Origin: Squalus acanthias
Taxonomy: Eukaryota
Reading direction: 5' to 3'
Length of the DNA: 64,000 nucleotides
NCBI GenBank assembly: GCA_030390025.1
Contig: CM059430.1
Coordinates: 73,532,001-73,596,000, forward strand
Part shown: positions 1 to 12,558 of the stretch, in pieces
Layout: every line of letters starts with the position of its first letter
How positions within the stretch are numbered: position 1 is the stretch's first letter
The notes under the pieces: generated by a model
What the model was told of the DNA's origin: nothing
Seen by the model: the letters and a program-made list of their open reading frames with translations, nothing else
The model's database searches: none
Made by a program: the position numbers and the translations under genes

Positions 1-2545
1 TCCCACCCCTCCTCTTACTGCATGTTTACTATTTATGCGCTTACAGAAGACTTTTGGACGCCGTTTTCTGTTAGCTGCCAATCTATTCTCATATTCACTC
101 TTTGACCCTCTAATTTCCCTTTTCACTTCCCTTCTCATCTTTCTATATTCTGCCTGGATCTTACTTGTATTCTCAACCTGACATCTGTCACACGTCCCCA
201 TTTTCTGCTTCATCTTACTCTCTACCTCTTTCATTACCGAGGGAGATCTGGCTTTGGTTGCCTTACCTTTCCCCCTCGTGGGTATGTGCCTCGAATGTAA
301 CTGAACCATCTCCACTTTAAAGGGAGCCTTTTGTTCGATTACAATTTTGCCTGCCAATATTTGATTGCAATTTACCTGGGCCTGATCCATTCTCAACACA
401 CGCAAATGGCCTTCCTATAATCAAGGATTTTTACTCTAGATTGCTCCCTGTCCTTTTCCATTGCTAATCTAAATGTTATGATACTATGATCACTGTTCCC
501 TAAATAGCCCCCAGTGGCACTTGCTCCACTTGATTCACCTCATTCCCCAGAACCAGATCCAGCAATGCTTCCTTCCTCGTTGAGACGGATACATACCAAT
601 CAAAAAAAGCTCTCCTGAACGCAGTTCAGAAATTTTTCTGCCTCTCCGCACATTACACAGTTTCTATTCTGGTCTATATTAGGATAGTTGCAGTCGCCCA
701 TTATCTCTACTCCATAGTTCTTCAGCTCTCTGTAATTTCCCTGCAAATGCTCCTCTATATCCTTCCCACTAGTGGCTGGCCTATAGAATACACATAGTAG
801 TTTAATGGCACCTCTATATCTTCTTACCTCTCACCAAATGGATTCTGGACCTCACCCCTCAAGGATACCCCCTCTCTCCAGCACTTTAATATTCCCAAAA
901 TCAAAACTGCCCCCCCTCACCGATGTTCTTCCTTTCCGTCCCTATCTTTCCTAAACACTTTATATGCTGAGGTATGTAGTACCCAATCCTGACCTTTTTT
1001 GAGCCACGTCTCCATTTTCGCCACGACATCATATTCACATGTTCCTATTTGCATCTGACGCCCACGAACCCTATTTACCACGCTTCGTGCGTTTACACAC
1101 ATGCAAACCTATGTTAGACCTGCTTGTCGTCTCTCTTATTCTGACCGGACCTCATACCGTTTAATTTCTAACTCTAGTGCTATTAGTCTCTCCCAATCCT
1201 TTGTGCACCTTGTTTCTCCGTTATATTGCTGCATCCTGGTGCTCATTACCCCGCAAAATTAGTTTAATCCCTTCCCAACTGCACTATCAAGCTGCCACCC
1301 CCCGCAACCCACCCCCGCGACGACGTTCGTCCTAGCTCTGTTGAAGTGAAACCCGTCCGGACTGTACAATTCCCAACTCTCCCTGAAACGGTCCCAATGT
1401 CCCAGGAATCTAAATCCCTCTCTCCTGCAACTTCGCTCCATCAACGCATTCATCTTCTCTATCCTTCTATTTCTATATTCACACGCTCGTGGCATTTGGA
1501 GCAATCCTGAAATTACTAATTATGACAGTCCTTCTTACTAATCTCTTTCCTCGTTCCCTAAAATATGTTTGCAGTACCTCTTCCCTCTTTCTATTTATGT
1601 CATTGATGCCGATGTGGACCACGACCTCTTGCTGTTCACTATACCCCCCAGGATGTCCTGCAGCTGCTTAGTGACACTTTTGTCCCTGGCAGCAGGGAGG
1701 CAACATACCATCCCGGAATCACGTCTGCGGCCGCAGAGATGCCTGTCTGTTCCCCTAAATACTGAATACCCCATCACTATTGCTTTCACAATATTCCTTC
1801 GCCCCCCCCCCCCTCTCCCCACAAACATCCCGCTCTGTACAGCTGAGGCACCCTACGTGCCGGGGATTTGGATCTGGCTGGTGAGATGCACTCAGGAGAC
1901 TCCTACATTATCTGTCTGGTTCACCTTGTCTGTCTGGCAGTCACCCATTCTCTCTCTGCCTGCACACTGTTAAGCTACGGGGTGAGCTCCTCCTGGAACG
2001 TGCTATTCAACAGCACTCAACCTTACGGATGCATCGCAGTGACGACAGCTGCTGCTCAAGCTCCATAACCCGAAGTTCGATGTCCCCCAGCTGACGATAC
2101 TGCCGGCATATATATTTGTCCAGGACAAGGGAAGTGTCTTGGATGTCCCTCGCGGCACAAAAGGTTCATTCCACGGGACTGAGGTACCCTGTCATGCCAC
2201 TATTTAATGCGCTCTTAAGTAACTTAACAGAATTAAACTCCAGACATAAAAAAAAATTAACAGCAACTCACCAATCAGCTGATTCCCTTGTTCTGACGTC
2301 ACTTTAGTTTTTTTTAACTCTCTCCGTGGCGTTGGTACTCCCTCTGTGCACCGGATTCACGGACCTACCTTTATCTCCGGCTGTTCCTCTCTCACTCCCG
2401 CACGTCCGCTCTCGGGTCTACCTTTATCTCTGGCCGCTACTGTCGCTCTGCCCCAGGTACACTCTCGGGCCTACCTTTATCTCCAGCCGTTCCTCTCGCT
2501 CTACCGCAAGTCCCCTCTCAGGCCTATTAAATACGTGTCCCTACA
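1..2545 (-). mobile_element. CR1-clade LINE, 5' half (5' UTR, ORF1 with SGNH-esterase remnant, endonuclease), decayed
   Basis: ORF fragments AIVMGYSVFRGTDRHLCGRRRDSGMVCCLPAA, CRREGFRFLGHWDRF and YDVVAKMETWL...YKVFRKDR. 5' boundary approximate. Confidence 0.85.
2360..2525. repeat. About 53-bp tandem repeat x3 in the LINE 5' region
   Basis: ctacctttatctc recurs near 2364, 2417 and 2471. Confidence 0.7.
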
Positions 2546-4280
2546 GATGAAGGTGATAAATGAAGATTTTATTGTGCAGGCAGAGGGCATGGCTGAGGTA
2601 CAAAATGACTGGATATGCATCTGTCTTCACTGGAGAAGAGGATGCTGCTAATGCAGCTATAAAGGAGGAGGCAGAAGCGATCTTAAATAGGATGTAATTA
2701 AAGGATAGTTGTGTTCAAAATAGAATAGTTATCCTGTCTGGATGTGCTTCATCCTAGGTTACTGAGGGAATTAATGTTGGAAAATGCATTGGCACTGGCC
2801 ACCGTCTTCCAATCTTCCTTGGATATTGGTCTGATTCCAAAGGACTGTAGGGTGCTAGTGTTACACCCCTGTTTAAGAAAGGAAAATGGGATAACCGGGG
2901 CAACTGCAGACCAGTCAGCCTAACATCGGTGGTGTGGAACTTCGGAGAGACAATAATCCGGGAAAAAATAATTGTAACTTGGAAAAGTATGGGCTAATAA
3001 TTGAAAGTCAGCACGAATTTGTTAAAGGCAAATAGTGTTTAAATAACTTCATCAAGTTCAATGATAAAGTAACGGAGGGTGTCGATGAGAATAGTGCGGT
3101 GACGTTGTGCATATGGACATTCAAAAGGCATTTGACAAAGTACCACATAAAACTCTTGTTCGCAAAATTAAAGCCATTGGATTAAAACAACAGTTGCAAC
3201 ATAGATACAAAGTTGGCAAAGGGACAGGAAGGCGAGTGTAGTGGGGAATCGTTATTTTTCAGACTGGAGCGAGATATACAATGGTGTTCTCTAGCGCCCG
3301 GTATTAGGACCATTGTTCTTTAAATATATATATGAATGACCTGTACTTGGGTAAACAGTGCATAATTTCAAAATTTGCAGATGATCCGAAACACGGAAAT
3401 GTAGTAAACACTGAGGGGGATAGTAACATACTTCAGGAGGAAATAGACAAATTAGTAAAATAGGCAGACATATGGCAGATGAAATTTAACGCGGAAAACG
3501 TGAAGTAATACATTTTGTTATGAGGAATGAGGAGAGGTAATATGACGAAATGGTACAATATTAAAGGAGGTGTAGGAACAGAGATCCCTGGCGGTGCATG
3601 TAAAAACATTTTTCTTGGTGACAGGACAAGTTGAGAAGGCTGTTAAAAAGCAAATGCGATCCTCGGCTTCATCAATAGAGGAACAGAGTACAAAAGCAAG
3701 GAATGTATGCAAACGTTTTATGAAGCACTGGCTAGGCCTCAGCTGGAGTATTCTGTTCATTTCTGCGCACCACACTTTAGCAAGGATGTCAATACCATGG
3801 AGAGAGTTCAGAAAATATTTACTGCAAATTTGCCAAGGATGAGAGACTTCTGTTATTGATAAAGACTGGAGAAGCTGGGGTTCTTATGCTTGGAGCAGAT
3901 AAAGGTAAGAGGCGATTTCATAAAGCTGTGCATAATTATTAAAAGTTTTGATAGAGTAAATTAGGAGAAACTTTTCATTGTCAAGAGGGTCGGTAACAGA
4001 TTTAAGTTGATTGGCAAAAGGACCAGAGGCGACATGCGAAAACGTGTTCTTACAGAGCGAGTTGCTGTGATCTGGAATGCATTGCCTGAAAGGGTGGTGG
4101 AAGGATATTCAATATTAACGTTCTAAAGAGAATTCGACAAATGCTTGTTCGGAGAAAAAATGTACTGAGCTAAGGGAAAATAACAAGGGTGTGCGATTAT
4201 TTGATTAGCTCTACCAGATAGCCGGCACAGGCAGAGATACGATGGTCCGACTGACCTCCTGCAGTGCTCTCTCAGTGTAT
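2546..4280 (+). mobile_element. CR1 LINE, 5'-truncated RT and 3' end, decayed
   Basis: RT-type DNA motifs (ccagtcagcctaacatcggtggtg, aaatttgcagatga) and CR1 3' region; many stops. Confidence 0.85.
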
Positions 4281-4287
4281 AATTATT

Positions 4288-5045
4288 GGCCCGAAAATTA
4301 GACCTAATATGCGAGAGTACGCACTGTGTACTCTCGCGTATTAGTTCCACAATTGCCGGTTTCTTGCATGCACTGCGCATGCGCGGGAAACCGGCACTTT
4401 GTGTATTGCAAAGGGGCCGGTTCCTAAGTGAACCGCGTTGCGCGCTACAGGCTGCGCGCACGCAGTGCACTAAGTTTTTTTCAGGTTTGAACGCGCAGGT
4501 ATGTGTTGAAGATTTTACGCATAAAGAAAGCAGGCGTAGGACCCCCGTTTAACAAGGTAAGTAGTTAATTAAGTGTTATTTTTTTTCAACAGTTTTATCT
4601 TTTTTAGAGACTTTAAAGAAAGGTTAGTTTATTTTTATAACTTTTAAAAAGATATTAAATTTTTTCAAAAATTTAATTTTTTGTTTAAAGTGGTTAATTT
4701 ATTTAACAATAGTTATTTTATTAATGTGATGACTTTTTTTAAAATGTAATTGAGGTTTCGCTGTTCTTTTGGGGGCTTGCAGTATTCATAGCTTTGACAG
4801 CCCTTGCAGTCAAAACTATGAATGAACGATCGTGTGCTGCCATTAGCTCTAACTGAATCACGTGATCCCAGAGCTCGCACAAACTAATTGCGCCTCTGGG
4901 AAACGCAAGCACTGCATGCTGGCAACAGGGAGAGGCCATGAAACTGAAGTTTGTGTGGGCGCGAAACAAAAAGGTAGGCGCGGAGTGCGATATCTAGGGG
5001 AATCCTTACCCCCGCAGGAACCATTGGAGATTTAATTTCTGGGCC
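4288..5045 (+). mobile_element. Non-autonomous DNA transposon (MITE family 1, PIF/Harbinger-like)
   Basis: TIRs ggcccgaaaatt / aatttctgggcc, 3-bp TSD att, internal palindromes, AT-rich core; three copies in the window. Confidence 0.85.
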
Positions 5046-5439
5046 ATTGTCTTTTATTGCCATGCAGCCAGCACACAAACGCTGAGCTGTCTCCTATTAA
5101 AATGATTGCTGCATTCACCCAGAGCTATACTCGCCAATCAGTTCCTTGCAAGGCGAGTGCCGGATAATGGGTTTGTGCGGCGCTACTTAAAGGCAGCCAG
5201 CAACACTGCAAGTGGAGTTGCATTACTGGTAATGTTAACGATGTATGGTCTTTCTACACATGTTGCCATTCACACCGACTGTCCCTGTCTTATGCTTTTA
5301 TAATCAAATGAACCAAAGGGTTTAGACCCACGTCCTCATGTGCTTTGCAATTACACAATGCATCACTGACTTGGCCAGGTCTGGAAGCTTTCTTGATTCG
5401 ATAATAAATTCCACAAATCTGTTGAAATCTAATAGTTCG

Positions 5440-5703
5440 GCATTTGTGGCCGTGCCTTTAGCTGCCGAGGCCCTAACTCTGGAATTCCCTCCCAAATCCG
5501 CTCCGCCTCGCTACCTTTCTTTCCTCATTTAAGACGCTCCAGAAAACTGAAGTCTTTGACCAAGCATTTGGTCATCTAGTCGAATATCACCTTATCCTGC
5601 TGGATGTCAAATTTTGTTTGACAACGCTCCTGGGAAGCCTTGGGGCGTCTGATTACTTTAAAGTCACTATGTAAATCCAAGTTGTTGCTGTTGTTGTTGT
5701 TGT
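5440..5703 (+). mobile_element. L2-type LINE/SINE 3' end with (GTT)n tail
   Basis: ctctggaattccctccc...tttgaccaagc...tatgtaaatccaagttgttgctgttgttgttg; a similar fragment lies near 58530-58860. Confidence 0.6.
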
Positions 5704-8039
5704 GAAAAGTTGTAGAAAATATAAGGCTACGATATTAGCGTCAAAATGTTCTTTACTTGAGAGTGTGGGGAATTTTAAATTGCACAAAACCATTATGCAT
5801 GGTCGGTATTTAATCTTGTCAGCTTTCCATTCAATTTTATCCGTTCCCATCTGGCGCTACTAATTTCTTTCACAGCGCACTACTGTGTGATGGAATTACG
5901 GATATTAAATGAGCCCTTGCCTCTTCCAATGATTCCGCGCCCGTCCATGCTTGCTTACAAAATAAATCTGCAACTCTCAAGGTATCTGGCTCTGTAGTAA
6001 TTTCTTACCACTTGAGACTCACGCAATCCTCGATCGCTTTTGTCTCCTCCTTTTTTTCTCTCCAAAACTCTCTGGGACATTACAATATCAGCCCAAACTT
6101 TTAAGATGGGCTCAGATTCTGAGATTGCTTTACAGAGATTTATTAAGCAGAAACATTCTGAATTGCTTAAGCTTGTGTATAAAGACAGGAGTAAAAGGCC
6201 TCCCCTTTTAAATATTCGCTGTGATTTTGACAGCACTGAATGTGCACAGTCCTTTTAACACTGTGTTTTGCAGCTTGCAGCACTCACTTTCAGTTCATTT
6301 CACCAAAAAACAATTTGGATCCAGCGCTTTGCGCTCCTCTCTCTCGGTTCTGCTTTTGGATACATTTTAACTTCACTCTTTGAATTTGATGGAAAACATT
6401 GCAGATTCGTACTGATCTAAAATAAATCAGATTTATGATGCAAATTTCTGTGTGTCTTGCCATCTCCGACCAATTCATTTTATTCGACAGATCCACAATC
6501 CCGCAATTTTTTTTAAACCCAAAGCACTACCAACGATATATCCTTGGTCTCTCCTCTTCTTCTTTATCTGCAAGATACACTTTGGCAACTGCATCCACAG
6601 ACCTGGGGACAACTTCCAACCAGACACTGACAATATCCAATTCTGCTAGTCCACCCCGACGCTCCACTACCTGTATGATGTCATATCGCTTGTCCCCAAC
6701 TTCCAATCTTGAATGAATCTTAATTTCCTCCAGCTAAAGACCAATGTATATTTAGCGCTATTGGTGCAGATCAACTTGACTTCCAAATTCTTCTGTGACA
6801 TCTGTCTATCGCTGTATGATCGACTGAATTAAATAGCTCCTGGACAGTAGCGCAATATGCATACTCAAAAATCAGCAGGCGATTTCACATCCCACCAGAA
6901 ATAATTAATCATTGAATTTAAAGCTTGCAGATTAAAACATGCTACCACCTAAGGATACATTTACCACACCATTTGTATTTTAAATAGGATACCACATTCG
7001 TGTAGCTTTTCTTCTTCACGGCTGTGCAGAAAACGTCTGATTTTCATTCAAATGAATTCATCAGAATGGATATAAGACGCGTTCTATAAATGTGCGATCC
7101 CCCCCGCCAGAATTTCCGCTCTGCTGCTCCTCCCGACGATAATAAAGGCCCTCCGCCTCATTTATGTTTCCTTTCCGCGATGAAAAATGTATACCTGTAG
7201 CGCATTCCCACGATCCGTGATATGGATATGCTGATTATCTACGGTGATAATATTTGGCCGCATCTCTCGGCAGCTCTTTGATTGAACGATATATGCAGAC
7301 ATACTTGCAACAAATAAAATTGCCAGGAAATTTTCCGTAAGCTACGAAGCAAAGGCATTCCTTGCTGGCCCAAAGAAAGCTACACACAGAGCTCTTGCGA
7401 GCTCTATAGCGAGAAGTTTGCCTTTGTAATATAATGGGAAATCCCTGGATAACGCTTTTGTGACGTTATTGCAGAATTATTTTCGGAAGGTAACCAGGAA
7501 ATGAAGAAGCTGCCTTTATATGGGCTTTTAAAAATTGTTATAGAGAGCAAAACATGTTTGGGTCAATCACATGGGGAATGTTAAATCTGAAATAAATATG
7601 AACAAACTTTTCAAAATATATATATTTTCACATGTTCTTAAAAAAATATATTTGTTACGATAATGGAGAAATGTGTCACTCCACAAAATTAAAATTCATT
7701 TTTCAGGGCCATACTGTTTGTTTCGTGGTCAGTGCACTGCTAAAACCCTAATTACACCTAATGCAACAATTGCTAATTTTTAGAGGGGTAGTTAACAGAA
7801 ATATTACCGTGGAAAAGCTAACGTCTTTGTCAGATTCAATGATTACACTCATTGCCGCCTATAGAGGTGGGGGCACAGCGCAGCCAGTGTCAGAGCAGTG
7901 AAGGACTGACCGCAACTTCAGGATTTGCTTTTAGATGTGCATTCGCTACATCCAGAAGTTGCGATCAGCTTCAATAAGGTAATTACAGCGATCCCTGTTA
8001 GTTCCGCGTTATTACCCACAGCAACTCCAGGCCCTATGC

Positions 8040-10330
8040 TCCATTAACAGCCATCTCAGCTTCTGCTGCCACCTTCAAATATTTGTGTATATACATGCCA
8101 GGTCTGCCTGTTCCTGTAAACCATTTAAAATGTATCATTTATTTTGGATTGTCTCTCCTCATTCTTTGGACCAAAATGCATCACTTCACACTTGTCTGCA
8201 TGACTTTTAACCTGACATGTCTCTGCCCATTTCACTAGTCTGCTTATCTCCTTCCGAAATCGGTTACTATTATCGACATTGTCTGCTACAATTCGAAGGT
8301 TCGTTTCATTTGCAAACTTTGAAATTATGCCCGCTTTATCGAAGTCCGGGTCATTAATATATATGAAAAAGAGCAGTTTCCTAATACCGACCCCTGTGGA
8401 ACACTATTGATTTATTTACTCTTTATCATTGCTCTCCGTATCTGTCCCTTAGGAAGTTTTGTATCCACACTGTCACTGTCATTTCATTCCGTGGGCGTTT
8501 ACTTTGTTCATGCTTCTGGTATGTGGTACTTTATCAAATGACTTTTCAAAGTCCAGATGCACAACACAAACACACTAACTTCATCAACACATTCCATCAC
8601 TTCATAAAAGAAGTCGATTAAGTTCGTCAAGCATGATTTCCCTTCAATAAGCTATCCTTACTTGGAAGTACATCTTCGTTCCTTCATCGTCGCTGGGTCA
8701 AAATCCTGTTCTCCCTCCCTAACAGCACTGTGGGAGTACCTTCATCACACGGACTGCAGCGTTTCAGGAAGGCGGCTAACAACCGCATTCTCAAGGGCAA
8801 CAAGGAATGGGCAACAAATGCTGCCCTTGCCAGCGACGCCCACATACCATGAAAGAATGCAGAAAAATGAGTGCTGAATTTTATTTATTAGCCGATACCT
8901 TTTCAAACGCCAATTCAGTTTGTTCGGGATTACTGTCTTTAAAAGTTTCCCGACCAGCGAGGTTAGGCTAACTGGCCTGTAATGTCATGGTTGATACCTC
9001 TCCCCTTTTTTAAACAGTGGTGTAACGTTTGCAATACTCCAGTCCTCTGGCACTAACCTAAATCTAAGGAGACTTGCAAGATTGTGGCCAGGTCCTTCGA
9101 AATTTCCATCCTCCTTAGAATGCATCACATCCGAAACGAGTGACTTTTGTACTTTGAGGACTGCCCACCTTTTAATCCATTCTGTTTATCTCTTTTAATC
9201 CTACCCAATATCGCTGCTATTTTCTACGACAGTGCTACATTGCAGAATCCTCTTCTACAGTTAAGAAAGTTTAAAGTACTAATTTAATACCTCAGTCATG
9301 ATTTCTGCCTCCTCAGGAATATTTCCTCTTAGGCCGCTCATTTGTCTCACCCTTCCGCTGAATTACCTTTTACTACTGATATATTTATAAAATACATTCC
9401 TGTTCACTTTTAATTTAGCCGCTAATCTAAGGCCCAGAAATTAAACATCGATGGTTCCCGCAGGGGTAAGGATTCCCCGCGATATCGCACTCCGCGCTTA
9501 CCTTTTTGTTTGGGGCCCACATGAACTTTAGTTTCAGAGCCTCTCCCTGTTGCAACCATGCAGTGCTTGCGTTTCCCAGAGGCGCAATTGGTTCGTGAGA
9601 GCTCTGGGATCACGTGATTCAGTTAGAGCCAATGGCAGCACACCATCTTTAATTCAAAGTTTTGACAGCAAGGGCTGTCAAAGCTATGAATACTACAAAC
9701 CCCGAAAAGAACAGCTAAACCTCAATGAAATTTAAAATGAAACCATCACATTAATAAAATAAGTATAGTTAAATAAATTAACCACTTTATACAAAAAAAT
9801 AAATTTTTGAAAAAATTTAAAATCTTTTTAAAAGTTATAAAAATAAACTTACCTTTCTTTAACGTCTCTAAAAAAGATAAACCTGTTGAAAAAAATTTAA
9901 AATAACACTTAATTATCTACTTACCTTGTTAAAAGGGGGTCCTACGCCTGCTTTATTTATGTGTAAAATCTTCACCACTTACCTGCGCGTTCAAACCTGA
10001 AAAAAAACTAAGTGCACTGCGTGCGCACCACCTATAGCGTGCACGCGGTTCACTTAGGAACCGCTCCCTTAGCAATTCACGAAGTGCCGGTTTCCCGAGC
10101 ATGCGCAGTGCATGCAGGAAACCGGCAATTCGAGACCTAATACGCGAGAGTACACAGAGCGTACTCTCGCGTATTAGGTCTAATTTTCGTGCCATAGTCT
10201 ATTTTTTAGATCTCATCTACCCGCATCAACCCTCTCCATTTCTTCATGAAAGAACTCAGTCAAGTTAGTTAAATTCGATTTATCTTTATGAAATCCGTGC
10301 TGACTTTCATTTATTAGCCAATAGTTTTCG
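8040..10330 (-). mobile_element. Old CR1 RT fragment predating the duplication, interrupted by a short LINE tail (8660-8870) and a MITE
   Basis: Reverse-complement RT motifs; the uninterrupted paralogue is at about 59390-60700. Confidence 0.75.
9431..10193 (-). mobile_element. MITE family 1, inverted copy
   Basis: Reverse complement of 4288-5045; absent at the paralogous site near 60551. Confidence 0.85.
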
Positions 10331-10789
10331 AAAAACCAAAGAAGGTTCTTGATATGTCTTTTCTTCATGAAATGAATTAAATCAATTCAAATCGTTGCTG
10401 CACACGTGGGCCACATTGTGATATTATTCAGAGGAAAATGTTGGCTTGGTGAAGACACACGCTGGAGGAATGGTGTAACATTCTTCCATCACATAGATTG
10501 TCTAAACCCACAATGGTGGCTATTAGTGTCAGCTTTTCCGAAAAGAAGAATGATAGTTTTCCTGGTAAGAAATCATTGATGTATTACGCAGAATTCGGCC
10601 ATTGTTTTTACGATCTCCATCGTTAATTTTGGCAGGAATTTGGCAGAACCCCGAAGAAGTTAAAACCCCCTATTTACTCGTTTTTCTGGGGAATTTGCCA
10701 ATCTTCCACCAAACGTACACTGGTGGGTAAAATATCAAATCATTTAAGGTCTACAGGGACATGGTCAACAGAGGAGCAACAAGAATTAC

Positions 10790-10827
10790 CGATCACAGGG
10801 CTGCAGCTGCTGGAGATTCCGAATGAT
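10790..10827 (-). pseudogene. Candidate 38-nt cytoplasmic exon, copy A
   Basis: Acceptor ttgttccttaatAG, donor CG|GTAATT; reads IIRNLQQLQPCD in phase 0-2; conserved with 61166-61203. Confidence 0.4.
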
Positions 10828-10969
10828 CTATTAAGGAACAACAAATTAATTTGGCCCCAACAAAAAGGTCATGGCACTTGAGTCCCCTCAGACGCTGCAA
10901 TATGTGAGCGTTCTTCAGCGCGAGTTATATTGAAAACCTGAGGACATGGCGTGAAGGGCTAGAACCACT

Positions 10970-11905
10970 GCTTTTCTTGATGTATATTAATGACTTGGAC
11001 GTGCTTCTACAGGGCACAATTTCAAAATTTACAGATCACACAAAATTTGGAAGTATGGGGAAAAGTCAGGAGGAGAGTGATAGACATCTGGAAGACATAG
11101 ACAGGTTGGTGTAATTTAATGCAGAAAAGAGTAAAATGATACATTTTGTTTGAAAGAATGAGGAGAGGACATATAAACTAAATGGTACAATCCTTAAGGG
11201 GGTGCACGAACAGAGAGACAAGTGGATATGTATGCACAAATCGTTGAAGGTGGCAGGGCAGGTTGAGAAAGCAGTTAAAACGCTTCTGGAACCTGGGCTT
11301 CATAAATAGACGTATAGAGTACAAAAGTGTGGAAATTATGATGGAACTGTATGAAACACTGGTTCAGCCCCAACTGGAGTACTGTGTCCAATACTGGGCA
11401 CTACCCTTTAGGAATGATGTGAAGGCCTTAGTCAGGGTGCAGAAAAATATTCCGAGAATGATTCCAGGAATAATGGAATTCAGTTATGTTGATACTCTGG
11501 AGAAGCTAGGGTTGTTCTCCTTGGAGCAGAGAAGATTGAGAGGAGATTTGATAGAAGTGTTCAAAATCATGAGGGGCCTGGACAGAGTAAATGGAGGGAA
11601 AATACTCCCATTGGCAGAAGGATCGAGAACCAGGGGATACAGATTGAAGGTGATTAGCAAAAGAATCAAATGCGATGAAAGAAAAAACTTTTTATCACGG
11701 CCACCCGGTAAGATCGGGAATGCAGTAACTGAAAGTTAGGTAGATGCAGATTCAATCACGGTTTCCAAAAGGGATTTTGATAAATATCTGAAGGAATGAA
11801 ATTTGCAGGGTTACGGGGAAAGGGCGGGGGTGTGAGACTAGCTGCAGTACTCTTGCAGAGAGCCCGCACTTGCTCGACTGGCCGAATTCTATGATTAAAT
11901 GATTC
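10970..11905 (+). mobile_element. CR1 3' fragment specific to copy A
   Basis: ORF with LYETLVQPQLEYCVQYW...LGLFSLEQRRLRGDLIEVFKI; ends attctatgattaaatgattcta; empty site near 61338. Confidence 0.9.
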
Positions 11906-12444
11906 TAAGCAGCCGTTTACTCAATTTCTCAAATGTTTGGGCAAAAGGAAGCAGAATCGAGCAGAAATGCTCTCCCTGAGTAGATGTCAGTCTGTAATTG
12001 ATCGTTGTCCGAATTTTATGGGCGATTAGTAATTAGGAGGAGAAATTCCAATGAGTTCTCCGGACACTCCACGTAAAAATTGCAGCACCACAAGGTAAAT
12101 AGCACAAACAGCAATTTTGAGCCAGTTATGCCCTTTCTCTGTTTGTGGTTCGAGATTTTCGTTGAAGTTAGGGCGAGGGACTGGCACGATTCCCATGACA
12201 TTTCATAGCCCATCTCTCCAAGGTAAGTTACAGTAATGTATTGCGCTGATTCTATTACCTTCTCCAGAACCAGATGAGCCGGCTGCATAAATTGTCTGAT
12301 TTACAGATGAATCGGCAACTTTTCATAAATCTCATCGAATTTGTTTATCTTCACCGGTACATTGTTTTCTTCTCTTTATAGTTAATTTAACATTTTGCAG
12401 ACGCAACAAATTATGAATACACTAGAGAAAATTCGAATACTTAC

Positions 12445-12558
12445 TTCTAAATCTATGCAATTTAAAGAGTTTCACTATAGTGACCACCAACAGCAGAATT
12501 AACAGTCCAAGACCGAGCCGGAGAAACATGAACAAGAGTGGGAAGCCACGATCGATGT
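12445..12558 (-). CDS. Transmembrane exon of copy A (open, 114 nt, phase 1-1)
   Basis: Acceptor tattttgcAG, donor A|GTAAGT. Reads DIDRGFPLLFMFLRLGLGLLILLLVVTIVKLFKLHRFR: hydrophobic helix with one internal Arg followed by a basic stop-transfer segment. Confidence 0.85.

Noticed and set aside
2360-2525. Spaced repeats as a CRISPR-like array
   Set aside because: Whole units are homologous with no unique spacers, and the context is a eukaryotic LINE.
4123-5078. Short Cys/Arg-rich ORFs in MITEs (also 9953-10195, 14710-15553, 32018-32331, 52002-52711)
   Set aside because: Chance frames in GC-rich palindromic termini; no transposase motifs.
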